Part shown: in pieces, positions 25,028-34,985 of the stretch
Numbering within the stretch: the first letter of the stretch is position 1
Layout: each line of letters begins with the position of its first letter
DNA from: an uncultured archaeon
GTDB lineage: Archaea; Altiarchaeota; Altiarchaeia; IMC4; SCGC-AAA252-I15
Direction of reading: 5' to 3'
Length of the DNA stretch: 37,420 bases
Assembly (NCBI GenBank): GCA_964587725.1
Contig: CAZPLO010000013.1
Location: 1-37,420 of the forward strand
Position numbers and translations under genes: made by a program
Notes under the pieces: model-generated
What the model was told of the DNA's origin: nothing
Database searches by the model: none
The model's input: only the letters and a program-made list of their open reading frames with translations

Positions 25028-25777
25028 ATGCTTCAGGAAGGCGATGAAGTCATACACGGACGGGAGAGCATAGTATTGGTTGCCCCATCCAAGCGACGGC
25101 CCCAGCGACCACAGCACATAGAACAGTCCGAACACAATCAACGCAAACCCGCTGAACACCTCCAGTTTCCTCTTCACCACCTCAAACCGTTCGCTTATGT
25201 TCTCGACGCCAAACGCGGCCGCCACACCCAACAGGATGAAGACGACGTTCGCACCCAACCCGAAGAACACCGTTATCACCGCGGTCTCCAATACTTTCCC
25301 CATGGCGAACGGCAGCAGCAGGAACGTGAACACCGGCACACACGGAGTAATCGTTGAAACGAAGCCGAGGAGGCCGGCGCCCAGCAGGGGGCTGCCGTAG
25401 CCTCCAACCCGGTCAACATACATCTTGCACCTGCCGCGGCCGAGGAAGGTGAACCCAGACTTAGACAGCATCAGCACGCCGTACAGTACAGTCAGCAACC
25501 CGAACGCCAGCAACACAGTGGCCGAGATGCCGGGGAACGTGTATTGGAAGAAGTCTATGAACGCGGCACCCATCAACGCAGCCGCTACCCCTAGTATGAA
25601 GTAGCCGATGAACCTGCCGACTGCGAAACCCAGGGACAGCCGGAATCCTTTGCGGACGCTGTCCCCGTATCCGACGAGTATGGGCAGGTACACGGGCAGG
25701 CACGACGCGAAACACAGTGTCGTCGACGTGCTCAGGCCGTACGTGAACGCCCCCAACGCAGCGACCAGTGAAACCAT
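25013..25777 (-). CDS. CcdA/DsbD_2-like transmembrane thiol-redox protein
   Basis: About 6-7 TM helices; CFASCLP and TPCVP. Confidence 0.75.
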   Translation of the reverse strand: MVSLVAALGAFTYGLSTSTTLCFASCLPVYLPILVGYGDSVRKGFRLSLGFAVGRFIGYFILGVAAALMGAAFIDFFQYTFPGISATVLLAFGLLTVLYGVLMLSKSGFTFLGRGRCKMYVDRVGGYGSPLLGAGLLGFVSTITPCVPVFTFLLLPFAMGKVLETAVITVFFGLGANVVFILLGVAAAFGVENISERFEVVKRKLEVFSGFALIVFGLFYVLWSLGPSLGWGNQYYALPSVYDFIAFLKHLLQI

Positions 25778-25779
25778 GT

Positions 25780-26280
25780 TCAGAGGGCGTATACTCCGCC
25801 GCCGGCCACGTTCAACTCTATCACGGTCAACGGGGCGTTGGCCGGCCCCTTGGTGGCTTCGCCGGTCAGCGGGTCGAATGCGCTGCCGTGGCACGGGCAC
25901 TCGAGAACGCCGCCGGCGAAACTGTTTTCGCACTGCCGGTGCGTGCACAAGTTGACGTATGCCTTGTAGGTTCCGCCTATGTTCACCAGTATCGCCGGCT
26001 CCCCGCCGTATGTGAAGTCGACGCTCGAACCCGGCGGAACATCAGCTGTATTAGCTATGAAGGTGCCTGACGGCAGGGTGGTTACAGTCTCCTGCACGGT
26101 ATCCAAGGTCACGGGGTCCCGGGAGGTTGTGGCGGTAGCCTGTCCCGGAGAAACCGACGTGGTGGTTGTCTCCGTCATCGGAGGTTGAGCCCGCAGAGTC
26201 GTTGAAGTCGTCGTTCCGCCGCCGAGGCAGCCTGAGAACAGCACAAACACCGTGAAAAACGTCAGAGTCGAGTACTCCAT
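25780..26280 (-). CDS. Lipoprotein with Thr-rich linker and Rieske [2Fe-2S] domain
   Basis: FSGCLGG lipobox; CTHRQC and CPCHGS. Confidence 0.9.
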   Translation of the reverse strand: MEYSTLTFFTVFVLFSGCLGGGTTTSTTLRAQPPMTETTTTSVSPGQATATTSRDPVTLDTVQETVTTLPSGTFIANTADVPPGSSVDFTYGGEPAILVNIGGTYKAYVNLCTHRQCENSFAGGVLECPCHGSAFDPLTGEATKGPANAPLTVIELNVAGGGVYAL

Positions 26281-26304
26281 CTTATCACAGAATATTATCC
26301 GTAA

Positions 26305-26349
26305 CTTAAATAAGGCAGGGGTTACCTTCAGGGTAGCTGGTGTTTTTAA
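26305..26349. promoter_or_regulatory. Divergent TATA promoters flanking an imperfect palindrome
   Basis: CTTATTTAAG (-) about 25 nt before the Rieske ATG; TTTTTAA (+); GTTACC-N5-GGTAGC between them. Confidence 0.5.
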
Positions 26350-26384
26350 CCTACACCTCATATGTTTGGTGTGAGGCGATTTTT

Positions 26385-26504
26385 ATGCTGACGAAGAAGT
26401 GGACGTGCAGCCGCTGCGGGAAACCCACCGACAGCCCCCACAAAGTATGCGTGGTGTGCCGGAAAGGGCAGACCGCGGTGAAGAAGCACGTCGACAAAAA
26501 ATAG
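26385..26504 (+). CDS. 39-aa CxxC-x10-CxxC zinc-ribbon/rubredoxin-like microprotein
   Basis: MLTKKWTCSRCGKPTDSPHKVCVVCRKGQTAVKKHVDKK; SD GAGGCGA; below the ORF-track cutoff. Confidence 0.65.
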   Translation: MLTKKWTCSRCGKPTDSPHKVCVVCRKGQTAVKKHVDKK

Positions 26505-26513
26505 GTGAAATAT

Positions 26514-27008
26514 ATGGAAGCAGACGGCATGTGCGACGCATTCAACAAGGCACTGGATTTGGAGATAGAAGGCTACTGGTTTTACATCGGCTGCTCACAG
26601 CACACCGACAACGAGGCCGGGCAGAAGCTGTTCAAACACCTCGCCGACGAGGAGAAAGTCCACTACGACAAAGTTGCGGAAATATACGGTGAAAACTTCG
26701 AAACCGAGTTCTGCGAATACGAGAAAAAGAAGAAGGAGCCCTCCGGAATTTTCGAGGAGAAGGTGCCGGGCGGCAGCATCAACGAGAAATCCGACGCCCT
26801 GGACGCGTTGAACATCGCCGTCCGCGCCGAAGAAAACAGCATCGACCTGTACAAGAAGATGAGCGGGATGGCCGACGACCACGGAGTGAAGGTGTTCTTC
26901 GAGAAGCTGGTGAAAGAGGAGGAAAAACACAGGAGCATACTGGAGGCGGAGCAGGAGTTCATCACCGAGACGGGGGAGTTCCGGGACTTCAGGACCGTCA
27001 CCATGTGA
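26514..27008 (+). CDS. Rubrerythrin-like ferritin-family diiron protein
   Basis: EIEGYWFY, EEKVH, EENSIDLY, EEEKH; SD AGGTGA. Confidence 0.88.
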   Translation: MEADGMCDAFNKALDLEIEGYWFYIGCSQHTDNEAGQKLFKHLADEEKVHYDKVAEIYGENFETEFCEYEKKKKEPSGIFEEKVPGGSINEKSDALDALNIAVRAEENSIDLYKKMSGMADDHGVKVFFEKLVKEEEKHRSILEAEQEFITETGEFRDFRTVTM

Positions 27009-27013
27009 AATAC

Positions 27014-27652
27014 ATGAAGAAACTGATACTGCTGGCGGCACTGCTGCTGGCGGGGTGCGTCCAACGGGACGTGGTCGAACTGGACGGCGTGGAAGTACGC
27101 GAATACCGCGGGGAACGCCTTTCGTCTGTGAACGACTTCCGCGAGAACAGCATCAGCGGACCACAGTACGTCACCGCAAGCCAGTACACACTCACCGTGG
27201 ACGGGCTGGTGGACAGGACCCTCACCCTCACATACGATGAAGTGTTGGACCGGCAGCGGTACAGCAAGGTGGTGACGCTGTACTGCGTGGAGGGGTGGGA
27301 TGTGACGGTACTGTGGGAGGGCGTGCTGGTTGAGGACCTCATAGACCAGGCGGGGGTGCAGGCGGAAGCGAACACCATAATATTCCACGCCTACGACGGA
27401 TACACCACCTCCCTCCCCCTTGACTACGTGCTGGACAACGACCTGCTGCTGGCGTACGGCATGAACAACGTGACGCTGCCGCCGGAACGCGGCTTCCCCT
27501 TCCAGCTGGTGGCCGAAGACAAGTGGGGGTACAAGTGGATTAAATGGGTGACGCGCATCCAGCTGTCGGACGACCCGTCTTTCAGGGGGTTCTGGGAGAC
27601 GCGCGGCTACAGCCAGAACGGGTCGGTGGAGGAACCCATATTCGAGAGATGA
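27014..27652 (+). CDS. Molybdopterin-dependent oxidoreductase lipoprotein (sulfite oxidase/MsrP-like)
   Basis: LAGC lipobox; YCVEGW, GYTTSLPL, GFPFQLV, GYKWIKW, GFWETRGY. Confidence 0.9.
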   Translation: MKKLILLAALLLAGCVQRDVVELDGVEVREYRGERLSSVNDFRENSISGPQYVTASQYTLTVDGLVDRTLTLTYDEVLDRQRYSKVVTLYCVEGWDVTVLWEGVLVEDLIDQAGVQAEANTIIFHAYDGYTTSLPLDYVLDNDLLLAYGMNNVTLPPERGFPFQLVAEDKWGYKWIKWVTRIQLSDDPSFRGFWETRGYSQNGSVEEPIFER

Positions 27653-28113
27653 TCGCCAGGAAGGAGGGGGTGTCTAAGGCCCTGGAGGACGCGATGAAAC
27701 TGGAGGTGGAAGGATACGACCTCTACAATAAACTGGCTGAGGAAGCCGTGACGGAAGACGGCTCCCACATATTCAAGTACTTGTCGAACGAGGAGGCCCG
27801 CCACTACAGGACCATCGAACAACTGTACGAACAGGAGCTGTTCGAGGAGTACACGGAGTTCATCAGCAGGTACAAGGGCGACTACATGGAGAGCGGCGTG
27901 TTCACTGAGTTCAGGTTCAAGGAGATAAAAGAGGGCGAGGCTGAGGCCGCCCTCGACTACGCCATCGGCGTGGAGGAAAAATCCATCGGCCTGTACGAGT
28001 CCCTGGCGGAGCAGGAGTTCTACCCGGACGTAGCCTCCGTATTCAACATACTCGCGGACGAGGAGCGCAGCCACTACGACCTCCTCACCAAGAAAAAAGA
28101 CGACCTGTTTTAA
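27649..28113 (+). CDS. Rubrerythrin-like ferritin-family protein
   Basis: EVEGYDLY, EEARH, EEKSIGLY, EERSH; ATGA overlap. Confidence 0.85.
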   Translation: MIARKEGVSKALEDAMKLEVEGYDLYNKLAEEAVTEDGSHIFKYLSNEEARHYRTIEQLYEQELFEEYTEFISRYKGDYMESGVFTEFRFKEIKEGEAEAALDYAIGVEEKSIGLYESLAEQEFYPDVASVFNILADEERSHYDLLTKKKDDLF

Positions 28114-28213
28114 CGCACTTATAAAGGGTGGCAACGATAAGGTACCCACTGTCATTAAGTAACCACGTGTTATTTAATAGGCGGGAGTTGTAAGACAGAA
28201 CAGGTGAAAAATC

Positions 28214-28447
28214 ATGGCCGACATTAAAGTGTACACCACGCCGACGTGCCCGTGGTGCAGGAAGACGAAGGAGTTTCTGAAGGAAAAAGGCGTAGAATAC
28301 GACGAAATAGACGTTTCCAGCGACCGCGGCGCCGCGAAGGAGATGATTGAGCGGAGCGGCCAGATGGGCGTCCCCCAGATTGTGGTGGGCGAAAAAGTCA
28401 TCGTGGGGTTCGACCCCGATGAGATAGAGTCCGCTGTATCCAGCTGA
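28214..28447 (+). CDS. Glutaredoxin-like protein (YruB/NrdH type)
   Basis: YTTPTCPWC, GQMGVP, VGFD. Confidence 0.93.
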   Translation: MADIKVYTTPTCPWCRKTKEFLKEKGVEYDEIDVSSDRGAAKEMIERSGQMGVPQIVVGEKVIVGFDPDEIESAVSS

Positions 28448-28448
28448 G

Positions 28449-29363
28449 ATGCCTGAAATCCACGACACCGTCATAATAGGGGCGGGGATGGCCGGGCTGA
28501 CGGCGGCCATATACGCGTCCCGGAAGCGGATGGACTACGTCATCGTAGCATCCGACTTCGGGGGTCAGTTCAGCGTGAGCGGCGAGATACTGAACTACCC
28601 GGGCGTGGTGGAAACCACAGGCGTCGACTTTCAGGACATGATGCAGGAGCAGATGGAGTTCAACGACGTCGAAGTCATGGAGGAAACCGTCGAAGGCGTC
28701 GAACATGAGGACGGGGTCTTCACGGTGAAAACCGACAAAAACAGTTACAGGACGCGCACATTAATCATAGCCACCGGCTCCCACCCGCGGAAACTCAAGG
28801 TCCCCGGGGAGGAGGAGTTCATGAACAAGGGCGTGACGTACTGCAGCATCTGCGACGGGCCGTTGTTCGCGGACAAGAAGGTTGCGATAATAGGGGGCGG
28901 GGACGCGGCGTTAGAGGCCGTGGACTTCATGAAAGACATCGCCTCCGAAATACACGTGTTCACCAACGAAAAACAGTTCAGGGCGCATGAGTACCTGCAG
29001 GAGAGGGTGGATGAGAACCCGAAAGTCACACCCCACTTCAACGTCGAAGTGGAGGAGATTGTGGGCGACGACTTCGTATCCGGAATCAGATTCAATGAGG
29101 ACGGGGAAGAGAAGACACTGAAGGTTGAGGGCGTCATCATAGAAATCGGGCGGGTTCCGAACACGGAGCCGTTCAAGGATTTGGTTGAATTGGATGATGA
29201 AGGCCACATCAAGGTGGACTGCCGCGCCAACACCAGCGTCGACGGCGTGTTCGCTGCCGGGGACTGCACCGACGTGCACGAGTACCAGTACGTCATCGCC
29301 GGAGGCCAGGGCTGCATCGCGTTAATCAAGGCCGCCAGATATTTGAGCAAACATAGGATGTGA
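28449..29363 (+). CDS. trxB: Thioredoxin reductase
   Basis: GAGMAG, ATG, GVTYCSICDG, GGGDAA, FAAGD. Confidence 0.92.
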   Translation: MPEIHDTVIIGAGMAGLTAAIYASRKRMDYVIVASDFGGQFSVSGEILNYPGVVETTGVDFQDMMQEQMEFNDVEVMEETVEGVEHEDGVFTVKTDKNSYRTRTLIIATGSHPRKLKVPGEEEFMNKGVTYCSICDGPLFADKKVAIIGGGDAALEAVDFMKDIASEIHVFTNEKQFRAHEYLQERVDENPKVTPHFNVEVEEIVGDDFVSGIRFNEDGEEKTLKVEGVIIEIGRVPNTEPFKDLVELDDEGHIKVDCRANTSVDGVFAAGDCTDVHEYQYVIAGGQGCIALIKAARYLSKHRM

Positions 29364-29364
29364 C

Positions 29365-29754
29365 ATGAGATACGTCGTACTGCTTCTATTGGCTTCCGAC
29401 GCCGCAGGGCAGACTCCACAGTACGTGAAACAATACAACCTCCTGCCGATTTCAGCCGTGCTGCTGATACTTTATACGGCATCCTTCCTCCTGAGCAGGC
29501 GTAAAGTCATCGCCGTGGCCACCCACCGCATGATATGGAATCTGATGCTGACGGTGACGTTCCTGGCTGCCGCGGCAACGGGTGTGCTGCTGATACTGCG
29601 CATCAACTACGGATTCTACCTGCCGTTCCCTGACCTCCTGCACTGGCACGTGGAAGCGGGCATAGCCATGGCCGTAATCAGCGTATTCCACATAGTCTGG
29701 CACTGGCCCTACTACAAGTGCATAATCACCCGGTCAGCGAAGAAGTGCGACTAA
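29365..29754 (+). CDS. His-rich membrane protein (DUF4405 / cytochrome b-like)
   Basis: Three to four TM helices; HRMIWN, HWHVEAG, HIVWHW. Confidence 0.65.
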   Translation: MRYVVLLLLASDAAGQTPQYVKQYNLLPISAVLLILYTASFLLSRRKVIAVATHRMIWNLMLTVTFLAAAATGVLLILRINYGFYLPFPDLLHWHVEAGIAMAVISVFHIVWHWPYYKCIITRSAKKCD

Positions 29755-30131
29755 CCCAGGTATTTCACGTCCTTTTTGCCTTTAAAGTGTTTGTCGCCGG
29801 TGACCAGAAAGGCTTTGTGTTGTCTTGCGGCGGCAAGTATTATGGCGTCCGCCATCCCTAACCCTTCTTCAATGCTGGTGTCGGCGGCGTCCATGGCGAG
29901 TCTCTCATCAAATGGAACAACAGTGGTGTAGTGGGTTATGTAGGCGTGCGCCTCCACTGCCTTGTCCTTGCCGGCGGTTGACTTGATTTTCTTGTAGACT
30001 TCGTAGAGGATTATGGAGGGTGTGTAGTACTCTTTCCTGTTGGCCTTCTCTATGTAGACCGCGTACTCTTTCGCGCGACTACCACCGGAATAGTATTCTA
30101 TCCAGCCGTAGCTGTCAACTAAAACGTTCAC
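29751..30131 (-). CDS. vapC: PIN-domain toxin
   Basis: VDSYGWIE, LYEVY, MADAII, VTGDKHF. Confidence 0.9.
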   Translation of the reverse strand: MNVLVDSYGWIEYYSGGSRAKEYAVYIEKANRKEYYTPSIILYEVYKKIKSTAGKDKAVEAHAYITHYTTVVPFDERLAMDAADTSIEEGLGMADAIILAAARQHKAFLVTGDKHFKGKKDVKYLG

Positions 30132-30327
30132 CTTCTTCCCTCAGGTCTTCGGTGGCAGTCTCCTTCAGGAATCCTTTCATGGACTTTACATCTCTAATCG
30201 GGACCAAATGTATAATCCCGTCTCTCTCAACGACAGAAAGCTTTTCTCCTGGCTTGATGTTCATGTGCTCACGCACTTCCTTTGGTATAACCATCTGGTA
30301 TTTCGGCGACACCGTTACATACGTCAT
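30115..30327 (-). CDS. vapB: AbrB/MazE-fold antitoxin
   Basis: VSPKYQMVIPKEVRE..NIKPGE; overlaps vapC. Confidence 0.87.
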   Translation of the reverse strand: MTYVTVSPKYQMVIPKEVREHMNIKPGEKLSVVERDGIIHLVPIRDVKSMKGFLKETATEDLREEGERFS

Positions 30328-30371
30328 CTACACCACCGTAAAACGTATTAGGTATCGATAGTATAAATACT

Positions 30372-30704
30372 TTACGCTAGTAGTTTGTCTATTTTCGCCG
30401 CCATTATGAAGTCGTTCTCGAACAGTCCGTCTATGGCGTGCGTGTACAGCACCAGCTCCGCTTTGTTGTAGTATACGTGTATGTTGGGGTGGTGGCCTTC
30501 ATCCCCCGCCAAATCCGCGACTTTGTTGATGAACACCATCGCCTCCTTGAAGTCCTTGAACTTGAACTCACGGCGTAACTTGTGCACTCCCTCCCGGTCC
30601 AGACTCCAGTCGGGCACCTCCCTGATGTACTCGTCTTCCTCATCGTCGGTCATCGGCGGTATCCCGCCCTCACAGGGCCTGCATTTTTTGTCGGTCAACT
30701 CCAT
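30372..30704 (-). CDS. phhB: Pterin-4a-carbinolamine dehydratase
   Basis: CRPCEGG, FKDF, EGHHP, THAIDGLFENDFIMAAKID. Confidence 0.93.
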   Translation of the reverse strand: MELTDKKCRPCEGGIPPMTDDEEDEYIREVPDWSLDREGVHKLRREFKFKDFKEAMVFINKVADLAGDEGHHPNIHVYYNKAELVLYTHAIDGLFENDFIMAAKIDKLLA

Positions 30705-30722
30705 TTTACAAACAATTTGAAG

Positions 30723-30756
30723 TTTTCTTTAAACTATTTAAACTTTTCTTTAAACT
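30723..30756. repeat. 13-bp direct repeat with 21-bp period flanking a TATA-like box
   Basis: TTTTCTTTAAACT at 30723 and 30744. Confidence 0.6.
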
Positions 30757-30759
30757 GTT

Positions 30760-31599
30760 TCAATTCCTCTTCGACTCCGCCAGCTTCTTCAGCTTTTTCC
30801 CGTCGACTTCACGCCGGTACAGGGGGCCGGATTCCACGCCCTCCTCGAACGTCTTACGGTCGCTTTTGTAGAATACGCCGAGCGGCAGCTTCTCCGTCTC
30901 CAGCGCCTTCTCCAACGCCGCCATCCGGTCCGACGGGTCGTGGTCTTCCAGGTAGTAGGTGTGTTCCCTGAACCATTCGAAGGTGTTGAGTCTGTTGAAT
31001 GTGACGCACGGCTGGAACATGTCCACCAGCGAAAACCCCTTATGCCCTATCGCCTCCTCCAGTATGCCCTTCGCCTCCTCCACGTCCGCGCAGTATGCGC
31101 GGGCCACGAACGACGCGTCCAACGCAATCGCGACCGCCAGCGGGTTGAACGGCTCCTCGAAGACGCCGTCCACCTGCACCGGCGTCTTAAAGCCTTCGCG
31201 GCTGGTGGGAGACGCCTGGCCTTTGGTGAGTCCGTAGACCATGTTGTCGTGCACCACCGCCGTAATGTCGGGGTTCCTGCGTATGGCGTGTATGAAGTGG
31301 TTGCCGCCTTCCCCGTACATGTCCCCGTCGCCGCTCGTTACGATGACGGTGAGCTCGGGGTTGGCCGCCTTTATCGCCGTCGCCGGCGGCAGCGCCCGCC
31401 CGTGCAGGCCGTTGAACACGTTGCACCGCAAATAATGCGGGAGCTTCGCGGCCTGCCCTATCCCCGACACCAAAACGGTGTCCCTGGGCTTCAAGCCCAT
31501 GTCGGCGAGCGCGGCCTTTACTATGTTGAGTATGCCGTAGTTTCCGCAGCCCGGGCACCAGGCGACGTCCGCCCCCAGGTTGTAGTCTTCCGGTTTCAT
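30760..31599 (-). CDS. korB: 2-oxoacid:ferredoxin oxidoreductase beta subunit
   Basis: [37 protein letters not shown]. Confidence 0.92.
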   Translation of the reverse strand: MKPEDYNLGADVAWCPGCGNYGILNIVKAALADMGLKPRDTVLVSGIGQAAKLPHYLRCNVFNGLHGRALPPATAIKAANPELTVIVTSGDGDMYGEGGNHFIHAIRRNPDITAVVHDNMVYGLTKGQASPTSREGFKTPVQVDGVFEEPFNPLAVAIALDASFVARAYCADVEEAKGILEEAIGHKGFSLVDMFQPCVTFNRLNTFEWFREHTYYLEDHDPSDRMAALEKALETEKLPLGVFYKSDRKTFEEGVESGPLYRREVDGKKLKKLAESKRN

Positions 31600-32120
31600 G
31601 ACATCCGCTCCACCACCCACCCGTATTTGTCGTGTATCATCTCCCGGTCGAATTCTGCCATCTCATCCAGCATCGCGTCCTGTTCTTGGCGGCTGAAGTA
31701 TTCCATCGCCGGCAGGAAGAAGCGGTTGTCTTCCTTGTCTATGTGTTTCGGGTAGAATTCCGTGAGCTTGCCCATCAGTTCGACGATTTCATCCAGCGAG
31801 TCCCCGCCCTCATGGTATCTTCTCTTGGCCTCATCAAGTTTTCCGACGGTCTCCCGCCCCCACACGTGCTCCCGTATGAGCTCGTTCATAACCCGCTCAT
31901 GCTCTTCAGTTATGTCCTTCATCTTCAGCTCGCGGAACAGTATGTCCTCTTCCTTGCCGTGGTGGCAGCGGTCGGCGTAGATGCGGATGAAGTCTATCGC
32001 CGTTTCGATGAAGTTCACGTCCGCCTTCCGGCCCGACTCAATCCGCCGTATCTCGTTGTCCATCAACGCAATCATCCTCTCTATCAGCCGGTGCTCCTTC
32101 ATCAGCGGTCCCGCGGGCAT
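31596..32120 (-). CDS. Hemerythrin-like (HHE) domain protein
   Basis: EHRLI, HHGKEE, EHVWGR, HIDKED. Confidence 0.88.
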   Translation of the reverse strand: MPAGPLMKEHRLIERMIALMDNEIRRIESGRKADVNFIETAIDFIRIYADRCHHGKEEDILFRELKMKDITEEHERVMNELIREHVWGRETVGKLDEAKRRYHEGGDSLDEIVELMGKLTEFYPKHIDKEDNRFFLPAMEYFSRQEQDAMLDEMAEFDREMIHDKYGWVVERMS

Positions 32121-33799
32121 CACTGCGCCGTCACCTCACGTATTTTTTCCACGACTTCTTCCACGCTGAATGGGAGGCCGTCGTATTTCAGTATCGTGTA
32201 CACCACCTCATAGCCTGTCTGCATCTTCAGCTGTTTCGCGAACTGTGCTGTGGCGTTGTTCTCCAGGGAAACGACCTCCTCCGCCCGGTCCAGGTACTCG
32301 GTTGCGGCGTCGTGTACGGGGTGGACCTGCGTGAAATGCAGTGCGGATACGTCGTCGAATTCCTTCAACGCCTCTTCGACGACGTTGCGGGTGGTGCCCC
32401 AGCACACCACCAACGTTTTGTAGTCTTTCTGACCTATCAGCTCCGGCTTCAACACGTCCTCCATTATCCCGTTCAATTTCTTCAGCCTCTTGTCCACCAT
32501 CTCCACCCGCAGACTAAGGTCTTCGGTTATGTGGCCGTTCATGTCGTGTTCGTCGCTGTCCACGCAAACAAGGCCTTCCCCGTAGCCGGGTATGCCGCGG
32601 GGGGAAACACCCGACGACGCGAGGTCGTATCGCCTGTAGCCTTCGCTGGTCTCCACAATATGCCGTTCCACCATCGGCTTCGCATCCAATGCGGGAATGT
32701 TGTAGTATGAGTCCATGTAGTATTGGTCCGTGAGCAGGAACACCGGCACCTGATGCTTGTCCGCCAGGTTGAAGGCCTTCCGCGCCAGCTTGAACCCCTG
32801 CTCCAGCGTCCCAGGCGCGAGTATTATGCGCGGGAACTCTCCGTGGCCGCTGTACAATACGAGTTCCAAATCCTCCTGCGCGGTCCTCGTCGGCAGCCCC
32901 GTCGCGGGCCCCGGCCGCTGCGCGACGTGTATCACGGCAGGCGACTCCAGCATGCCTGCGAGGCTTACTCCCTCCTCCATCAGCGCGAACCCTCCGCCGG
33001 AGGTGTTGGCCATCGCACGGGCGCCCGCATACCATGCGCCCACTACCATATTAATCGCGGCTATTTCATCCTCCGCCTGCTCCACCACTATTCCGAAGTC
33101 GTGCTGGTGCGCTGCCATGAAATTCAATACGGCCGTGGAAGGCGACATGGGGTACGCGGCTATGAAGTTGCATCCGCCTGCTACGGCGCCCAACGCCACC
33201 GCCTCAGATCCCTTGAGTAGCATGTCCTTAGCGGCCTTCGCCCTCTTCACACCGACTTTCACTTCACCCTCCTTCAGGAGTTTTTCGGCTATGTCGCAGC
33301 CTCTGTTAACCGCCTTCTTGTTTCCTTCCGCTATCTCATCTGATTTTGCCCGGAACCGTTCCTCTATCATTTCTTCCAGCAGCCTACGGTCCACCTGGAA
33401 CAGGCCGGCGAGGACTCCTACGGCGACCATGTTGGTGTAGATTTCGTCGCCGACTTCACCTGCTATTTCACTGAACGGCACGTCCAGCACATCCTCCCCC
33501 AGTGATTCTTTGTCGCCTAGCATTACGGTGTCGTCTGTGAAACGGTGCTTCTGCCGGGGTATCACCTTCGGGTCCAACGGCACGAACAGGTCTATCCGGT
33601 CGACGTGGCAGTTCACCGGCCTGGATGAAACCCGTATTTCGGTGGTGTTGGCTCCGCCGCGGACCCGGCTCATGTACTCTTTCGTCGAGAAAACGTGGTA
33701 GCCTGAAAGCTTAAGCGCCTTTGTCAGAAACTGTTCGACGGTCTGTATGCCCTGCCCGGCTTCGCCGCCCAACACGATTGAATAATCAGCCTCCCCCAT
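32120..33799 (-). CDS. korA: 2-oxoacid:ferredoxin oxidoreductase alpha subunit (gamma-alpha fusion)
   Basis: GGEAGQG, SRVRGG, YPMSPST, EDEIAA, TSGGG, QRPGPATGLPT. Confidence 0.92.
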   Translation of the reverse strand: MGEADYSIVLGGEAGQGIQTVEQFLTKALKLSGYHVFSTKEYMSRVRGGANTTEIRVSSRPVNCHVDRIDLFVPLDPKVIPRQKHRFTDDTVMLGDKESLGEDVLDVPFSEIAGEVGDEIYTNMVAVGVLAGLFQVDRRLLEEMIEERFRAKSDEIAEGNKKAVNRGCDIAEKLLKEGEVKVGVKRAKAAKDMLLKGSEAVALGAVAGGCNFIAAYPMSPSTAVLNFMAAHQHDFGIVVEQAEDEIAAINMVVGAWYAGARAMANTSGGGFALMEEGVSLAGMLESPAVIHVAQRPGPATGLPTRTAQEDLELVLYSGHGEFPRIILAPGTLEQGFKLARKAFNLADKHQVPVFLLTDQYYMDSYYNIPALDAKPMVERHIVETSEGYRRYDLASSGVSPRGIPGYGEGLVCVDSDEHDMNGHITEDLSLRVEMVDKRLKKLNGIMEDVLKPELIGQKDYKTLVVCWGTTRNVVEEALKEFDDVSALHFTQVHPVHDAATEYLDRAEEVVSLENNATAQFAKQLKMQTGYEVVYTILKYDGLPFSVEEVVEKIREVTAQ

Positions 33800-34985
33800 G
33801 CGTCCTCCGTATGAGGGTATTGTCCTGATGCTTTAAAAGTATGGCGTCGGCGAGGGCGTCCACTTCCTTGAGGTCTTGTTCATGGGGGAGGCCCTTCACC
33901 AATACCGGCTCCAGTATTTCGGCGTCCAACGCCTTCAGCTGCTCCTTCAGCACGTCCACTGTGCGGCCACCCCACCCGTAGGACCCCATAACCCCTATGT
34001 ACTTGGTTTTGGGGCGGAGGGCGTTCACCAGGTAGGCTGCGTAGACGGCGCTGGGGTGCGGGCCCACCAGGAATGTGGGGCACGCTATGACCACTGTGGC
34101 TGCGTCAACCAACGCCATCGCCAGCTCCCCTACGTCGGCTGTGGTGAGGTTGAACACCTTCACCCCCACGCCCTTCCTCATCAGCTGCTCTATGAACCGG
34201 TCCGCCATCACCCGGGTGCTGCCGTGCATCGACACGTAGGCGAGGACTACTTCGTCTTCGCTTTCGTCGTCCACCCATTCTTTGTATGCGTCCACTATCA
34301 CCTCGGGTTTGTCGTATACGGGTCCGTGGCTGGGGGCGATAATGTTCACGTCGTATTTCTCCAGCTTCAGGAGGTGGTTTTTGATGTTGTTGCGGAAGGG
34401 CATCATGATTTCCGCGTAGTATCGTTTCGCGGACTCCAGGACCCTGCACTCGTCCCGCGCATACAGTTCGCTTTGCGCTAGGTGCGAGCCGAAGAGGTCG
34501 CAGGTGAACAGTATCCTGTCCTCTCGGAGGTATGTTAGGATGGTTTCGGGCCAGTGCACCCACGCGGCGTATATGAACTCCAGTGTGCGGTCGCCGAGTG
34601 AGAGGGTGTCGCCGTCTTCTATGACATTGAATCGTTCATCCGGTATGTGCAGGAGGTCGACGAGGAAGTCCTTGCATTTCTGGTTGGTGACCACCTTCGC
34701 CTGCGGATACATTTCGAGCACGGCGGGTATTCCGCCGCTGTGGTCCTGTTCCGCGTGGTTCGCCACCACATAGTCTATTTTCACGCCGAGCTCCCGCAGG
34801 TTCTTCAGGAGTTCGTCTTCTTTCACGGGGTCGACGGCGTCTATCAACGCCGTCTTTTCGCTGCCTTTCACGACGTAGCTGTTGTATGTGGTGCCGTCGG
34901 GGAGGGGTATGATTTCGTCGAATAATTGGCGGCTCCAGTGTCTGGCGCCGACGTCATACACACCCTTCAGTAGTTCGCGGTTCAT
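33786..34985 (-). CDS. fprA: Flavodiiron protein (FprA)
   Basis: GTTYNSY, HAEQDHSG, HWPE, PSHG, SMHGST, GSYGW. Confidence 0.94.
   Translation of the reverse strand: MNRELLKGVYDVGARHWSRQLFDEIIPLPDGTTYNSYVVKGSEKTALIDAVDPVKEDELLKNLRELGVKIDYVVANHAEQDHSGGIPAVLEMYPQAKVVTNQKCKDFLVDLLHIPDERFNVIEDGDTLSLGDRTLEFIYAAWVHWPETILTYLREDRILFTCDLFGSHLAQSELYARDECRVLESAKRYYAEIMMPFRNNIKNHLLKLEKYDVNIIAPSHGPVYDKPEVIVDAYKEWVDDESEDEVVLAYVSMHGSTRVMADRFIEQLMRKGVGVKVFNLTTADVGELAMALVDAATVVIACPTFLVGPHPSAVYAAYLVNALRPKTKYIGVMGSYGWGGRTVDVLKEQLKALDAEILEPVLVKGLPHEQDLKEVDALADAILLKHQDNTLIRRTHGGG

Noticed and set aside
26355-26377. RBS-sequestering hairpin CCTCATAT...GTGTGAGG
   Set aside because: TATA spacing puts the likely transcript start inside the element, so the 5' arm is probably not transcribed; it may at most be a DNA site.
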